DNA of 64,000 nt from positions 470,564-534,563 of the forward strand of contig NW_005201092.1 of the NCBI RefSeq assembly GCF_000372725.1, in the 5' to 3' direction. The stretch's first letter is position 1; every line of letters starts with the position of its first letter. The notes under the pieces were generated by a model that worked only from the letters and a program-made list of their open reading frames with translations, did not search any database and was not told the origin of the DNA. This DNA is from Emiliania huxleyi CCMP1516 (taxonomy: Eukaryota). Positions 35,090 to 47,302 of the stretch are shown here, one piece after another. Both the position numbers and the translations under genes were made by a program.

Positions 35090-36547
35090 ATGTCCACCCC
35101 GCCGCGCCGCCACTCGCGCCGCCTCGCCGCCGCCGCCGCCGCCGCCGCACACTGCCCCCTCACCGACCTGCCCCTCGAGCTTGTCGCGCGCGTCATCTCC
35201 CGCTTCGACAGCCCCGCCGACATCGCTCGCGCCGCGGCCGTCTCGCTGCTCTTCCACGCCTCGCTTAAGCTGGAGGGCATCCGCTTGCGCCTGCAAGAGG
35301 CCGGCTACGAGCCGCCGGCGCAGCCAGAGGGCGAGAGCTGCGCCGTGCGGTGGCTGTGCCTCTATGCCTTGCTGCGCGAGGCCAACCCGCCGGCGAGGGC
35401 GGCGGCAGGCCGTCAGCACAGCGTCTTCATCGACGGTGAGGGGCGGCTCTCATCGTGCGGCGCGGCAGCGGAGGGCGAGGAGGGCGAGGAGGGCGAGGAG
35501 GACGAAGAGGAGGAGTTTCCAGGCCTTCTCGGCCACGGCGAGGGCGTGCTGCAGCTTAAGACGCCGACCCGTCTCCCGTCGCTCCTCGACCCGCCTCCCG
35601 GAGGCGAGCGCGCGATTGGTGTGGCGGCGTCACGATACAGCCTCGCTCTCTCCGTGGACGGCGCCCTTTGGTCCTGGGGCAGCGGCGAGGACGGCAAGCT
35701 GGGACACGGTGACGAGGAGGACCAGTGGCAGCCCAAGAAGATCGAGGCCTTTGCTGGCCAGCGCGTCGTCGCTGTGTCCGCTGGACTGAACCACAGCCTC
35801 GCCATCACTGCCGACGGCTCCGTCTGGAGCTGGGGCGGTGGAAGCTTTGGCAAGCTGGGCCACGGCGACCAGCAGCACCAGCTGCTGCCGAAGAAGGTCG
35901 AGGCTTTGGCTGGCCGGCGCGTCGTCGCTATGTCGGCTGGAATCGCGCACACCCTCGCCATCACCGCCGACGGCGCCGTCTGGAGCTGGGGCTATGGACG
36001 CTTTCGCCAGCTCGGCCACGGCGACCAGCAGCGCCAGCTGCTGCCCAAGAAGATCGAGGCCTTTGCTGGCCAGCGCGTCGTCGCTGTGTCGGCGGGATTC
36101 GCGCACAACCTCGCCATCACCGCCGACGGCGCCCTCTGGAGCTGGGGCTATGGATGCTTTGGCCAGCTGGGCCACGACGACACGCAGAACCAGCTGCTGC
36201 CAAAGAAGATCGAGGCCTTTGCTGACCAGCGTGTCATCGCTGTATCGGCTGGAGCGCAGCACGGCCTTGCCCTCACCGCCAACGGCGCCATCTGGAGCTG
36301 GGGCAATGGAAACTACGGCCGGTTGGGCCACGGCGACGCGCAGACCCAGCTGCTGCCGAAGAAGATCGAGGCCTTTGCTGGCCAGCGCGTCGTCGCTGTG
36401 TCGGCAGGGGAAGACCACAGCCTCGCCATCACCGCCGACGGCGCAGTCTGGAGCTGGGGCGCTGGCGGACTCGGCCGCTTAGGCCACGGAGAGGACCTGT
36501 CGGACCAGATGCTGCCCAAGAAGATCGAGGTGTGGTCGCAGGAGTGA
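35090..36547 (+). CDS. F-box-like plus RCC1-repeat protein, intact paralog
   Basis: LTDLPLELVARVI start and about 7 RCC1 repeats; paralog of 12849-14295. Confidence 0.92.
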   Translation: MSTPPRRHSRRLAAAAAAAAHCPLTDLPLELVARVISRFDSPADIARAAAVSLLFHASLKLEGIRLRLQEAGYEPPAQPEGESCAVRWLCLYALLREANPPARAAAGRQHSVFIDGEGRLSSCGAAAEGEEGEEGEEDEEEEFPGLLGHGEGVLQLKTPTRLPSLLDPPPGGERAIGVAASRYSLALSVDGALWSWGSGEDGKLGHGDEEDQWQPKKIEAFAGQRVVAVSAGLNHSLAITADGSVWSWGGGSFGKLGHGDQQHQLLPKKVEALAGRRVVAMSAGIAHTLAITADGAVWSWGYGRFRQLGHGDQQRQLLPKKIEAFAGQRVVAVSAGFAHNLAITADGALWSWGYGCFGQLGHDDTQNQLLPKKIEAFADQRVIAVSAGAQHGLALTANGAIWSWGNGNYGRLGHGDAQTQLLPKKIEAFAGQRVVAVSAGEDHSLAITADGAVWSWGAGGLGRLGHGEDLSDQMLPKKIEVWSQE

Positions 36548-37989
36548 GAGGGGGGCGAGGGGCGTGTGGCTGATATAGGAGTGTGACCGTCTCGGATACG
36601 AGTGGAGCCGCATTATATGAAAACCCCAGAACGTTCCGGACACCGTCCCACCGTCGCCTCGTCGCCTCGCTACCTGGCTCGCTACAGACGTCACGCCCCG
36701 CCGCGCGCGGGGTGGCGAGAGGAGCTCGTCGTGCTGCATGCTGCGCTGGGCGCGTGTGTGGGCCGCGCGGGGGGCGCCCCCCCCCCCCGCGCTGAGCGCT
36801 GTCAGCGGTGGGCCACCTCTCGGCTCACGCCGCTGACCCAAGCACCCAACCGCATGCGTGGCGGCGCCGGCGGCGCAGTCAGAGTACAGAGAAGGAGAGA
36901 GTGTGCACAGGCTGTGCGCAGCGCGGCCGGGACGGGTGAGAAGGCTCGCCAAGCACCGCTCAGCGGCGAGGGGGAGGGTGGCGGCGGCGGCGGCGAGGCG
37001 CGGGGCGGTGGCAGCGGTGGTGCAGACGGCGGGATTGACAGGGGAGGCGGCGGCCACGAACGGAGCGGCGGCGAGAGGGGAGGACGCGGCCGTGGCGGCA
37101 GCGGCCTGCAAGCAACAACGCGGCGGGGCAGGGTTTCCAACTTTTTGCGGGACGGTATGGTATGGAGGGTGGGCGGGTATGGTCCTGACCGCCCAAGACT
37201 AGCCCTCGACAGGGGTGGGGGGGTATGGTCCCTCGGCCCCTCGCTCTACTGCCGCCGCCGAGCGCGCAGCGCCATGACACGCGCAAGGTGCTCGACGAGC
37301 CCTACCAGGGCTGCCCCGGGGGCATCATCGCGGACGAGCCCGCGGAGCACTCCCTCGTCGCCGAGTTCGGGATGTACTACAAGAGGCCCCCGAGATTGCG
37401 CCGCTGGCGCAGCCGGCCAACCCGCTCGAGGCGACCACCGGCGTCCGGCGAGGCGACCCGGAGGGGCATTCATTTTTTGGGGGGCGTGCTGAGCCCTTCC
37501 GCACCGGGTGGTCGATCTGCGCCCGAAACCAGTCCCATGGCGCTGACGACATGCCCAGCCGGGCCTGACCGACGAGCAGAAAATTCCCCTCACGCATGCA
37601 ACACAAAAACAAAAGCGCATGCATGATCGCCGTCCGAAGCGGTCGGCCGCCGGCCCACGGTTGTGGCCACCGTCGCCGGCCCAGGCAGTGGCAAGACGAC
37701 CATGCAGGAAGGCCTCGCTGTGAAGCTGCGCCGGAAGGGGCACGAGCGAGAGAGAGAGAGAGAGAAGTCTTGATACGAAACCACGACGACACACACCAGT
37801 CGACTCGCATCGGTTGCCTCCATGAACGGCGGAGCTATTCTCGCGCCCACACCACACCTGGCTCCAACGTGGACACGCCCATAGCTGGGGACACTACTAG
37901 GTCACGCATGGCATCACAGAAGTTTTATCTCTGGGCCCCGAAAGGCATCTCTAGCAGTGTCGTTACACATGCCCCCTCCCCTCCTGGGC

Positions 37990-38034
<45 letters not shown>

Positions 38035-39295
38035 GCACGAGCGCGTGCTCTAGATTCTTGAGTTTTTCTGCTTGTTAAATTCTTCCCTCGGATGGTCCTG
38101 TGACTGCTGTTCAGCCTCCTGGACTACGCAGTCTCGAAGGTGATCTCGCTCTGCGGCGGGCCCGAGGCGACGAGCCGCGGAGGCTGCGCGCTCTCGTGTG
38201 ATGCTCGGCCAGCGAAGCGAGGATCCAGCATCGCACACGGCGTGCCAGTAGTCCAAGCATCACTGGTCCAGTAGCGTGGATCGTAACGTGCAGCATGATG
38301 GGGCTCGGCGAAATCGGCGGATACCGTGCGCCCAGCCCCGGAGATAGGCACGCCGCGCTCCACCGAAATTCGCTGTCAGTCGTTTGTGTTTTTAGCTCTG
38401 AGTCGACAATTCCCTGAGACGCAGTGTGGGTGAATGAATAAGTTGTTTTGACCTGGGCTGACCTCCTGCTCGAAGAGGGCACCTCGAAGCTTCTACAGAG
38501 CGCCGGCCCGCACACTCGTCTCGAGGTCAGCTCTCCCCCACCCGCACCCCGCGACACACACACACACGGTCACGGACACACACTCACACACGGTCGGGTG
38601 TCGGTCGCCGTGAGCTCGTCGTGCCGCAGTGGCCAGTGCTCGTGGTCGTGCAGTCCACAGTGCAGTCCACAGTGCACGAGAGCGGCGCAGCGGCGGCAGC
38701 GCCCCCCAGCCGCGGCCCTCCGTGATCGCCGCGCGCCTGTCCCTGTGCCTCGCGCGGGCGCCATGCGACGGCGCCGACGCCCGCTGGCGTCGGACTGGCG
38801 TAGTACGATACGCGGCGCTCTGGCTCTCAGACATGGCTCTTCTGACTTCTCCCTCTGCTGCTCGTGCCGAACCCCCCCCCCCCCCCCCCCCGCACATGAA
38901 TCATGATCGACGACTACCCGTCCTTCGTTCGGCGACTCCACCCTGACAACAACATCATGTTCATGTTCATGTGTGTGAGTGTTAGAGTTGTTTCTTGAGA
39001 GTTGTTTGGTATTAAAAATCTCTCTCTCCCCCACCCTGAGCGCTGAGGACCCGACGGGGACGACGCCACCACCCACCCTCGCGAGGGGATCTCCATAAAT
39101 TCTACATACTGAGTACAATGAATGCTGTCTAAGGTCCGGCAGGTTCTCGGCGGGGGCCGGGCACCGCCTCGGCTTTTCACAGCCTCTACAAGGTCGACAG
39201 GCCGGTGCCGCTTGGTTTGGAGGTTAGCCGCCGCGGTTCTTGCAGACGGCGGTTTCGGCCACGCGCGCGTGCGACGTGCAGACGAGCAAGAGGAG

Positions 39296-40180
39296 ATGGC
39301 GCAGATGCAACCGACTTCCATGGCCATGGCCGTGCCGGTGGCGGTGGCGGCGCCGACGGCGGGTCGCTCGCAGGAGGAGATGGTCTCGCTCTTCGGCGGC
39401 CTCGATGGCATCGAGGTCGCGGTGAGATCCGATCAGCACGACTCGGAGGGCACGTATCAATTCCTCAGCCAGGTCTTCCAGCAGCAGTCGACCTTGATGA
39501 ACCCCTTTGGGATTGCCACGGCAACTCGCGGCTCATTTTCGATCAAGAGCACGGCGGAGGGCAATCCCGAAATCGCCACGCTCTGCGTCGCCACTGGAGA
39601 CCGCTTCCGCGGCGACATGGCCGCGGCGATCGTCCTGCCGGACAACACCGTGCTCGCGCAGTGGAGCCGCAGCTCGCGGCCGACGATGATCTCGTCAGGC
39701 GAGACCGACTTGCCGGTGAGCGTCTTCGGCGCGCCCTATGGCAAGATGCAGACCAGCAAGTGGGGCATGGGCCACTCCTACGTTGACGCGAGCGGCAAAG
39801 GCGTTCGGCCAAGGTCGCACGGCTGCTTTCAGTGCAAGACGTACTGGTGCATCGCCTCCTTCTGCCTCTTCTTCCCGACGTGCTCGATCGCGTCGATCGC
39901 CATCATCTGCTGCGTGATGCCAGGGGTGCCCGGCCTCTATGACCTCAAGACCACGCCGGACGGCCCTTCTGTCGGCCTGCTCAAGCTCTGGCAGCAAGGG
40001 GGCGACATCAGCGAGAGCTCCAAGATCAAGCTCGAGATCACGCCCGGCACGGACGCGCAGACGAGGACCGCTGCTGCGCTGGCGGCGCTCTTTATGATCG
40101 CCGACATCTTCATCGACCCGCCAAAGGGCGGCAACCACGGCGGCGGCGGCGCACCGCATGCGGCGGAAATGGATCGCTGA
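39296..40180 (+). CDS. Unknown protein with a Cys-rich hydrophobic segment
   Basis: Intronless ORF with strong GC3; YWCIASFCLFFPTCSIASIAIICC. Confidence 0.65.
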   Translation: MAQMQPTSMAMAVPVAVAAPTAGRSQEEMVSLFGGLDGIEVAVRSDQHDSEGTYQFLSQVFQQQSTLMNPFGIATATRGSFSIKSTAEGNPEIATLCVATGDRFRGDMAAAIVLPDNTVLAQWSRSSRPTMISSGETDLPVSVFGAPYGKMQTSKWGMGHSYVDASGKGVRPRSHGCFQCKTYWCIASFCLFFPTCSIASIAIICCVMPGVPGLYDLKTTPDGPSVGLLKLWQQGGDISESSKIKLEITPGTDAQTRTAAALAALFMIADIFIDPPKGGNHGGGGAPHAAEMDR

Positions 40181-41253
40181 GCAGACTGAGCTGCCGGCAG
40201 CCCGTCGGCAGAGAAGAGAGAAACCGGATAGAAAACAAGAACACAACGCACTCTCTCACATGACAAGCGATCCCACGACAGCGATTGTGGGGACTACATG
40301 ATCCGTACGTGAAGGGTGGAGGGGCCCGCCCGCAGAGCTAGGCGGCGTGGGCGCCCCCCACTGGGGCCGAGGCTAAGAGGACGTCTGCCGCTTGCTACTA
40401 GTTGCTTGTCAAGACGCTCAAGTAGCTTGTTGTTGACGTCCCTCGTCGTTGACCCATGACTAGTTGCAAAAATGTACGTAAGAGCTACAGCGAGAAAAAG
40501 TCTCACGTGGAAAAAACAAAAACTGTGAAAAACGCTGTTACGGCCGAGCTCGGCACTATCTGCTCAAAAAAAAGTGACGTAGGGCACCCACTTTAAGTCT
40601 TTGGCACTTTTTAAGCGTTCCGCGCACACACAAGGTCCGCCTGCGTGCGCCGCCAGCTTCCCAGGGCCATCGCGCGAAAAACGACGGAGGAGATGCATCC
40701 TAGCTGTCGCCACCGAAGGCGACTCGACGCCGCTGAGATCGGAGATCAAGCTCTGACAGGTCACACGTCGCTCCTTTGACGCCGACGTGACTCGCCCGTG
40801 CAGAGCACATCAGGACACGGTCTCGACGCGCTCGGTACGACGCCTGCGACCCGTCTCGGGTCAGGTGGCACGACGCTCATCGCGCCCGCCAGCGCTGCCG
40901 TGCAGGTTGCCACGACGAGGTCGAGCACGCTTCTATACGCTCGCCGAGCCTTCCTTTCCATCCCATTAGGCAGCCTGGGAACGGTGGCGGTCAGAGGCAA
41001 AGCCTACGAGGGGTGGTGGAACCACATGTCACGGCTACTGCCGGCTCGACCCCACGATAACCTCCGAAGGCTGACTTTGAGGCACCATAATCGGACGATG
41101 TCGACGAGCTGGGTCGCTCTCGCGGTAGCCAGGTAGCCCCCCATACTAGTAGCACCAGCCATGGCCTCAGGGAGGTGCGGGCGAGGGCGCTGGGAGCAAC
41201 ACGGAACAAAAAACATCAAAATTCAATCATTTCCACAGCACCCGTATTTGCAA

Positions 41254-41620
41254 CTAGTCCCATTTGGCACGCCCAGGGGATTTAACCCAGTCGGCACGCG
41301 CATTGCGCGCCTGCTTGTTGATGTTTTCGGCGTCGCCCGCCACCGCCGCCATGGAGATCTGCTGCGTGGTGGTGGACGACGACAAAGGAGGAGGCGCTCG
41401 CCGACGCCGCCCCATTACACCGTCCGGAACCGTGTTGGTGCCCACCGCTTCCTTGGCGAACACGTGGAGGAACTGCTTGGTGGGCGGCGCAATGCCACCC
41501 GAAGTTTCCACGAGCACCAGCCGCGTTATGGCTTTCTTGACCCACCCACCCACTTCGCGTCGTACTACCACCCCATGCACTTCCAGGAGCCTGCATCCGT
41601 CTTGATCCATCCCTCGGCAG
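41254..41620 (-). mobile_element. Degenerate 3' fragment of an RLE-type non-LTR retrotransposon ORF
   Basis: LVLVETSGGIAP..FL..FAKEA and, across a frameshift, SFVVVHH/TQQISMAAVAGDAENI resemble the C-terminal endonuclease region of CRE/R2-like elements. Confidence 0.45.
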
Positions 41621-41748
41621 ACGCCTCGGGGCGCCACGTGAGGCCGTAGACGAGTGCGAAGCCGAAGCCAAGAGAGAAGAAATCTCTCTCTCTCCCGAAG
41701 CCTGGTGCAAGCTCGCGCCGCGCGAAATCTTTTTGCAAAACTCGCGGC

Positions 41749-42265
41749 ATGGCGGCGCTCATGTGGTTCGCCGGAGTGCTGCTCTTCGGCTATTCCTGCT
41801 GCTGCTACCTTCCCTACCGCTACCTGGTCGGCTTCGAGTGGCCGCGCCTGCGCCAGCTCCTCTATTTTCCGCTCGCGGGACAGCTGCGGTGGGAGCACGC
41901 GACGCAGCGCGCGCTGCTCCTGAGGCGGCTGGGGGCGGAGGAGGTCTCGCTCACCACCTCGGACGAGCGGGCGGTGCACGCTGTGTGGGCCGAGCCGCAG
42001 GGGCAAAATGCTGGCGGCGGCGGCGGCGGGAACAATGGCGAGGGCGCTCGGCCCGTGGTGCTGCTGCTACACGCCAACGCGATGGTGCTGGACGACATGA
42101 CGGACTGGGCGCAGTATTACCTCAGCCTCGGCTGCGCCGTCCTCGTCCTCACCTTCTGGGGCTACCCCGACCCCGCCGAGGAGCCCGCCGCCTCGACACA
42201 CTTCCGAGAAGGACTCGTGACATCCTCCCCCTCACCCTCTCCGCTGCCATGTGACATGAGCACTA

Positions 42266-42301
<36 letters not shown>

Positions 42302-42551
42302 TTGGCTGCCGTGTGACATGTCCATTTGACATGTGCAGGAGCACGCCGCGTACTCGGAGCGGCCCGACGCGCCGGGCAGCCCCGACGCGAGGGAGGCGGG
42401 CGCGTTGCTCCCCGGCGAGGCCGCCTACTGCCCCTCCGAGCTCTCCCTCTACCTCGACGCGGAGGCCGCCTCTCGCACACCCTACCCCTACCCCTACCCC
42501 TACCCCTACCCCTACCCCTACCCCTACCCCTACCCCTACCCCTACCCCTAC

Positions 42552-42624
<73 letters not shown>

Positions 42625-44247
42625 CCTACCCCTGACCCTGACCCTGACCCTACACCCTGACCCTACCCCTGACCCCGACCCTGACCCTGACCCTGACCCT
42701 GACCCTGACCCTAACCCTAGGCCGCCCTCTCGCACATCCGCACCGCGCGAGGCGCCGCCGCCGCGTCGAGCGGCCGCTGTAGAGCAAGAGACGGAGGGAG
42801 GAAGCCGTCTTCAGCTGTGGCGGACAGGCGCGCCCGTCGAGCGCGTCCTCGTGCACGGTCTCTCGATTGGCGGTGGCGCCGCGTGCGCCTTGGGCGTCCG
42901 CCACCCCGGCCTGCGAGGCAGCGTAGATGCGAAATGTCTCCCCGCGTCTCCCCGCGTCTCCCCACCTCTCCCCACCTCTCCCCACCTCTCCCCACCTCTC
43001 CCCACCTCTCCCCATCACCTCTCCCCATCACCTCTCCCCATCTCTCCCCATCTCTCCCCCTCTCTCCCCACCTCTCCCCATCTCGTAGGCGCGTCACCCT
43101 CGACCAGACTTTCGCCTCGATGCACGCCGTCTCTGCGCACGTCGGCAAGGGACTCTACGAGCAGGCGCGGGCTGCCAAGCCTCCGCACTTCCTCGGACCC
43201 TCCTCGGACCTTCTCCTCGGACCCTTCTCCTCGGACCCTCCTCGGACCCTCTCGGACCCCTCCTCGGACCCTCTCGGACCCCTCCTCGGACCCTCTTGCT
43301 CGGACTCTTCTCCTCGGAGCCCGTGCGCCCGCAGGTCGTCCTCTCCAAGGCGCCGCGCTGGTCGCGCTCCTTCCTGCGCGCCATCGCTCCGTGCGCCGCC
43401 TCGGCTCGCCGCGCGGCCTGCTGTGAGCAGCGTCTCTTAACTCCTTTGGAACCGTGTGGGTCCAGGTGCGCCGTCTGGCTCGCTGCGTGGCTGGTTGTCG
43501 CGCTGGCATTCCGCCCGCCCTCCGCCGCCGAGCGGCACGCGCCGCACTGCGCCGTGCTGGACAGGCTCGACAACGTCGGCAGGGCGGTTTCTTTTTTCTA
43601 TTTTCAGCCTTTTCTTTCTTTTTTCTACAGGCTCGACAACGTCGGCAAGGCGGGGCGGATGCGAGGCGCCGCCGCTGGCGTCTGTCGACGCGCACCGTCC
43701 CAGTTCCGGTTCGACTCATCCGCAGTCTGCCCTCTGCCAGGCGACCTCTTCGTCTTCTTTGCCGAGCAGTCGACGCCACGACGCCGCGCCGTCTCGCCGA
43801 GCTCACCCCGAGCTCACCCGAGATCGTCCGAGACTAGGCACGACGAGATGATGCCGCACCACTTCGCCGAGCGATTGCTCGCCGCCCGCTACGGCCGGAG
43901 CCAGCCCGAGTTGCTCCAGGCGCGGGCACTCCCGAGACACTCCCGAGACACACCCTTTCCCCTTTCCGAGACCCTTCCGAGACCTTTTCCTTCCGAGACC
44001 GTTTCCAGTTCCGAGACCCTTTCCGAGACAATTCCGAGACAGTTCCGAGACACGCCCCAGGGCCGGAGCCAGCGAGTTCGCCCACCCGCGTCCGTGACGG
44101 GCGCGTGCCGAACCGCACTCCGCCCCGCCCTGCCCACAGGCGCGCTCGCTCTGCGTGCCGGGCGGGCACTGCTCCTTTTTCGGAGATGTGCCCGAGCTGC
44201 GCGCGCGCTACAAGGCCTACCTCAACCAGAGCGGCTTCCTGCCCTGA
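41749..44247 (+). CDS. Alpha/beta hydrolase (ABHD12/13/16-like), many repeat-filled introns
   Basis: N-terminal TM, VLLLHANA, TFWGY, PSELSLYLDAEAA, HGLSIGGG (GxSxG), LDQTF, HDEMM, GGHC. Confidence 0.8.
42478..42720. repeat. Intronic telomere-like hexamer array (CCCTAC, CCCTCA, CCCTGA blocks)
   Basis: Direct reading; ends CCCTAACCCTAG. Confidence 0.9.
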
Positions 44248-44590
44248 CGCGCCGCTGCGGCCCCTCCGCACGCCCCCCCCCCCGGGCTCCTTGGCGCGCC
44301 GCCCCGGATTTGCGACGCAGTGTGAGAGACGGTCAGTTGGATGTGAGCGGCAGCATTGGCGGCGCCGGCCCTCCTAGCTCCTTTTCTCCCAGTAGACCGT
44401 CAGGGGTAATCGTTCCGTTCATCCGCACTGTTTGCTGGCCCCAGTGATATGTATTTAAGTAAAAAATCTTCTTCCCTTACCCATCTCCTATTATCCGTTG
44501 GCAATTTACCCCTACCCGCTTGGAGCCCGAACCCTGGCGCTACGTCTTGGTGTACGTGCTCTTACGCGCGTCACGCGGATATATACACAT

Positions 44591-45256
44591 ATGTCCCTGC
44601 TCGCCCAGCTCACTGCTGGCACCACCGTCAAGCCAAAGAGCGTCGTCAAGGCCGTCAAGGAGAACCCGGCGCTCGCTGCCGACGTTGACCCCCAAACGGG
44701 CAACACCCCGCTCCACCTCGCCTGCTGCAACCGCGCGCCGCTGGCCGTGGTCGAGGCGCTGCTCGCGGCCAACCCCGCGGCGGCGCGCACGCCCGACGGG
44801 GAGGGGAACCTCGCGGTGCACGGCGCAGTCGCGAATGGCTGCGGCGCCGACGTCGTGAGCGCCCTGCTCAAACGGTATCCCGAGAGCATACGCAAGCGGC
44901 AGGGCCGCCACACGCTGCTGCATTCGGCGGCCTGCAACGGCCAGACGGCCGAGGTGGTGGCCGTCCTGCTCGCGGCCTGGCCCGCCGCCGCTGCGGAGAA
45001 GGACGAGGAGGGCAACGCCCCGCTCCACTTTGCCGCGGCGTGCAAGGCCTCGCCCGCCGTCGTCAAGGCGCTCCTCGCCGCCTGCGCAGAGGCGGCGGGC
45101 TGGCGCGGCCAGATGCAGCGCTACCCGCTCAGCCTCAGCCTGCTCTGCGAGGCGCCGCCGGACAGCGTCGAGGCGATCCGCGACGCCTTCCCGGCGGCGC
45201 AGCGCGCCGTCGAGATTGTGGCCGACTACCGCAACCACGGCCTCGGTGTGAGCTAG
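44591..45256 (+). CDS. Ankyrin-repeat protein
   Basis: GNTPLHLAC, GNLAVHGAV, HTLLHSAA, GNAPLHFAA. Confidence 0.92.
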   Translation: MSLLAQLTAGTTVKPKSVVKAVKENPALAADVDPQTGNTPLHLACCNRAPLAVVEALLAANPAAARTPDGEGNLAVHGAVANGCGADVVSALLKRYPESIRKRQGRHTLLHSAACNGQTAEVVAVLLAAWPAAAAEKDEEGNAPLHFAAACKASPAVVKALLAACAEAAGWRGQMQRYPLSLSLLCEAPPDSVEAIRDAFPAAQRAVEIVADYRNHGLGVS

Positions 45257-45535
45257 CAAAGGAGAGTCGAAGCCCGTGCCCCATGGACCCAGTCCCAGGG
45301 AGGCAAACGAGCGCATCGGCGCCACAGGTGAGTGCTGAGTCAGGACACAGGCGAGACAGGACCTCCTCTTCTCAAGAGACAGGACGTGGCCGCCCGTGGG
45401 GCACATCATCATGCGCCACGACGTTTTGTGTGAGCTCTGTCGGCTAACAACATATCATGCGTTACTCACATCACGCGTCACGCGTTGCTTTACTGATTAC
45501 GTAAAACGCCGCACAGGCCGAGTGGAAAGCCAAAA

Positions 45536-46783
45536 TTGAAAATAACCAGGAATTGGGCCGCCGGACGCGCGGACCCCGGAGCAAACGCCAGACCGAGTCG
45601 ATCTCTCTGGCACCAAATGCATGCGGCGCAAGTTCACAAGACGCAAGCGCATAAGGCGCGAATGCACCTGCATATGGAACAGGCCGTCGCCGGTCGGCGT
45701 CACGCTCTGGAGGGTCCGCAGACAGGGCTCACAGAGATCCTGGCGACCCTGCAGATCCCATTCAACGGGAGCACGCGTCAAGATTGGGAGTCTATACTCA
45801 ACCTCTGGACACGCTGCGCCGAAAAGGCGGTCGAAGATTCGCCCGGAGTCGTGGTGAGCCGTAGGCTATCGTGGAAGCCGCGACGCCGCGTTCATGCGTC
45901 CATCGCAAATACGGCAGCAAAAGAGGACTACGAGGGGCGTTACTGGGACGATGTGATCGACGTCCTCCGCAGCGGCGCGTCGGTGTTCAAGTTAGATCCC
46001 GACGCAATCCTTCTCCGATCGCCGGTGGAGCGGCTTCGCCGTAGCGGTGCGGACATTGTGGCCTGCCCCGATTGCGCGTTCGAGCTCGACGCACGCGAGA
46101 CGGCCAGGCGGCGACATATTCACGGCAGCAACTACAAGGGTTCCACGCTCTGCCAGAGCGGCTGGCAGCTCCAGGGGTCGGCTCGCACCTTCAAAGAGGA
46201 CTGGCAGAGGACGGGTTTCCATCTCTGCACCGGCTCCGCCTACTTCAGGCCGACGCAGCGGGTGATTCGGCTGCTCGAGGAGGCGAGGGCGTGGCAGTCG
46301 CGCAGCACCCGTTTCATCGGTCGCGTGGCCAATGAGCAGCTCGTGCTGCTGCAGACTCTCGGCGTGCATAACTGTACGTGGAGCACCCCTGCCGGCGTGC
46401 CCCTCTCTCCTGCCCATGCCAGCCTGCGGCTCTTCCGAAGCTTGGAAGGCTCAACATCTGCACTCGCCGAGCAACTGCTCAGCGAGGAGGAGGACCGCGA
46501 GCGGTACTCTATCGTCGGCAGCTGCGACGATGGCCTTCGAGTTGAAGTGCTCTCTTACGGCCTGTGCCCGCGCACTCCGCTGGAGAAGGTGAACATGCGA
46601 TGGGTGAAAGACACGCCGAGCCGGAAGAGGGAGCAGCGTGGCCCAATTGTCTTCCACCCGGGAGGCAGCTTGGCCTCAAAGACGCATCGGCTTCGAGACG
46701 TTCTCAAGCCGCTCTGGGAGACGATCGGGTGCGGGGCATGGTTGCAGCAAGTTGGTGTCACAAATCATGCCATCTCGCCGTAG
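45536..46783 (+). CDS. Nucleotide-diphospho-sugar transferase-like (GT77-like) protein; start uncertain
   Basis: VFKLDPDAILLRSP (DxD), CTGSAYFRPT, NEQLVL, VFHP. Confidence 0.65.
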   Translation: MKITRNWAAGRADPGANARPSRSLWHQMHAAQVHKTQAHKARMHLHMEQAVAGRRHALEGPQTGLTEILATLQIPFNGSTRQDWESILNLWTRCAEKAVEDSPGVVVSRRLSWKPRRRVHASIANTAAKEDYEGRYWDDVIDVLRSGASVFKLDPDAILLRSPVERLRRSGADIVACPDCAFELDARETARRRHIHGSNYKGSTLCQSGWQLQGSARTFKEDWQRTGFHLCTGSAYFRPTQRVIRLLEEARAWQSRSTRFIGRVANEQLVLLQTLGVHNCTWSTPAGVPLSPAHASLRLFRSLEGSTSALAEQLLSEEEDRERYSIVGSCDDGLRVEVLSYGLCPRTPLEKVNMRWVKDTPSRKREQRGPIVFHPGGSLASKTHRLRDVLKPLWETIGCGAWLQQVGVTNHAISP

Positions 46784-47302
46784 CGCGTAGGTATAGCGAG
46801 CACCGATAGAGCAGGGTACGATTACGTCAGTAAAATCCCAGCCCAGTACCCACACAACTCTCTACGCGCGCCGTGTTGCGTCTATAGCTACACGCACGCG
46901 CGGGCGGTGTACGCGGCGGCATCGCGTCGCCCGTCGATCGCGTCACGAGCTCACACGCGTCGTCAGAGACGAGAGACAGAGAGATCCTCTGTGTACGGCT
47001 CTACGCGTGAATATGTCAATATATGTGTGTCCGCTGCACACACAGCCTCGAGCCTGGCGGGGGCCTGGCCCGCCACGGCACTCCGCCTCCGGGCTTGGCC
47101 GCGGCGCTCAGATTTCACGGCCCTGTCTCTATCACACCCCAAAACAGCAACACACACGCTCCCACGTATAAGCAGCAACACCACTCACACACACTCTCTC
47201 TCAAGTGGCCAAGTACGCCAACACCAGAGTCGGAGAGCTGCATCTGTCCCAGCTCCCACAAACTCCACCCAAATCGCCTCTCCCGCGCGCGGCGAATAGG
47301 GC

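Noticed and set aside
36600..39000. Additional genes
   Set aside because: Only a short coding-like fragment at about 37270-37390 and simple repeats; no supportable gene model
42478..42720. True telomere or chromosome fusion site
   Set aside because: Mostly variant hexamers in one orientation, inside a gene
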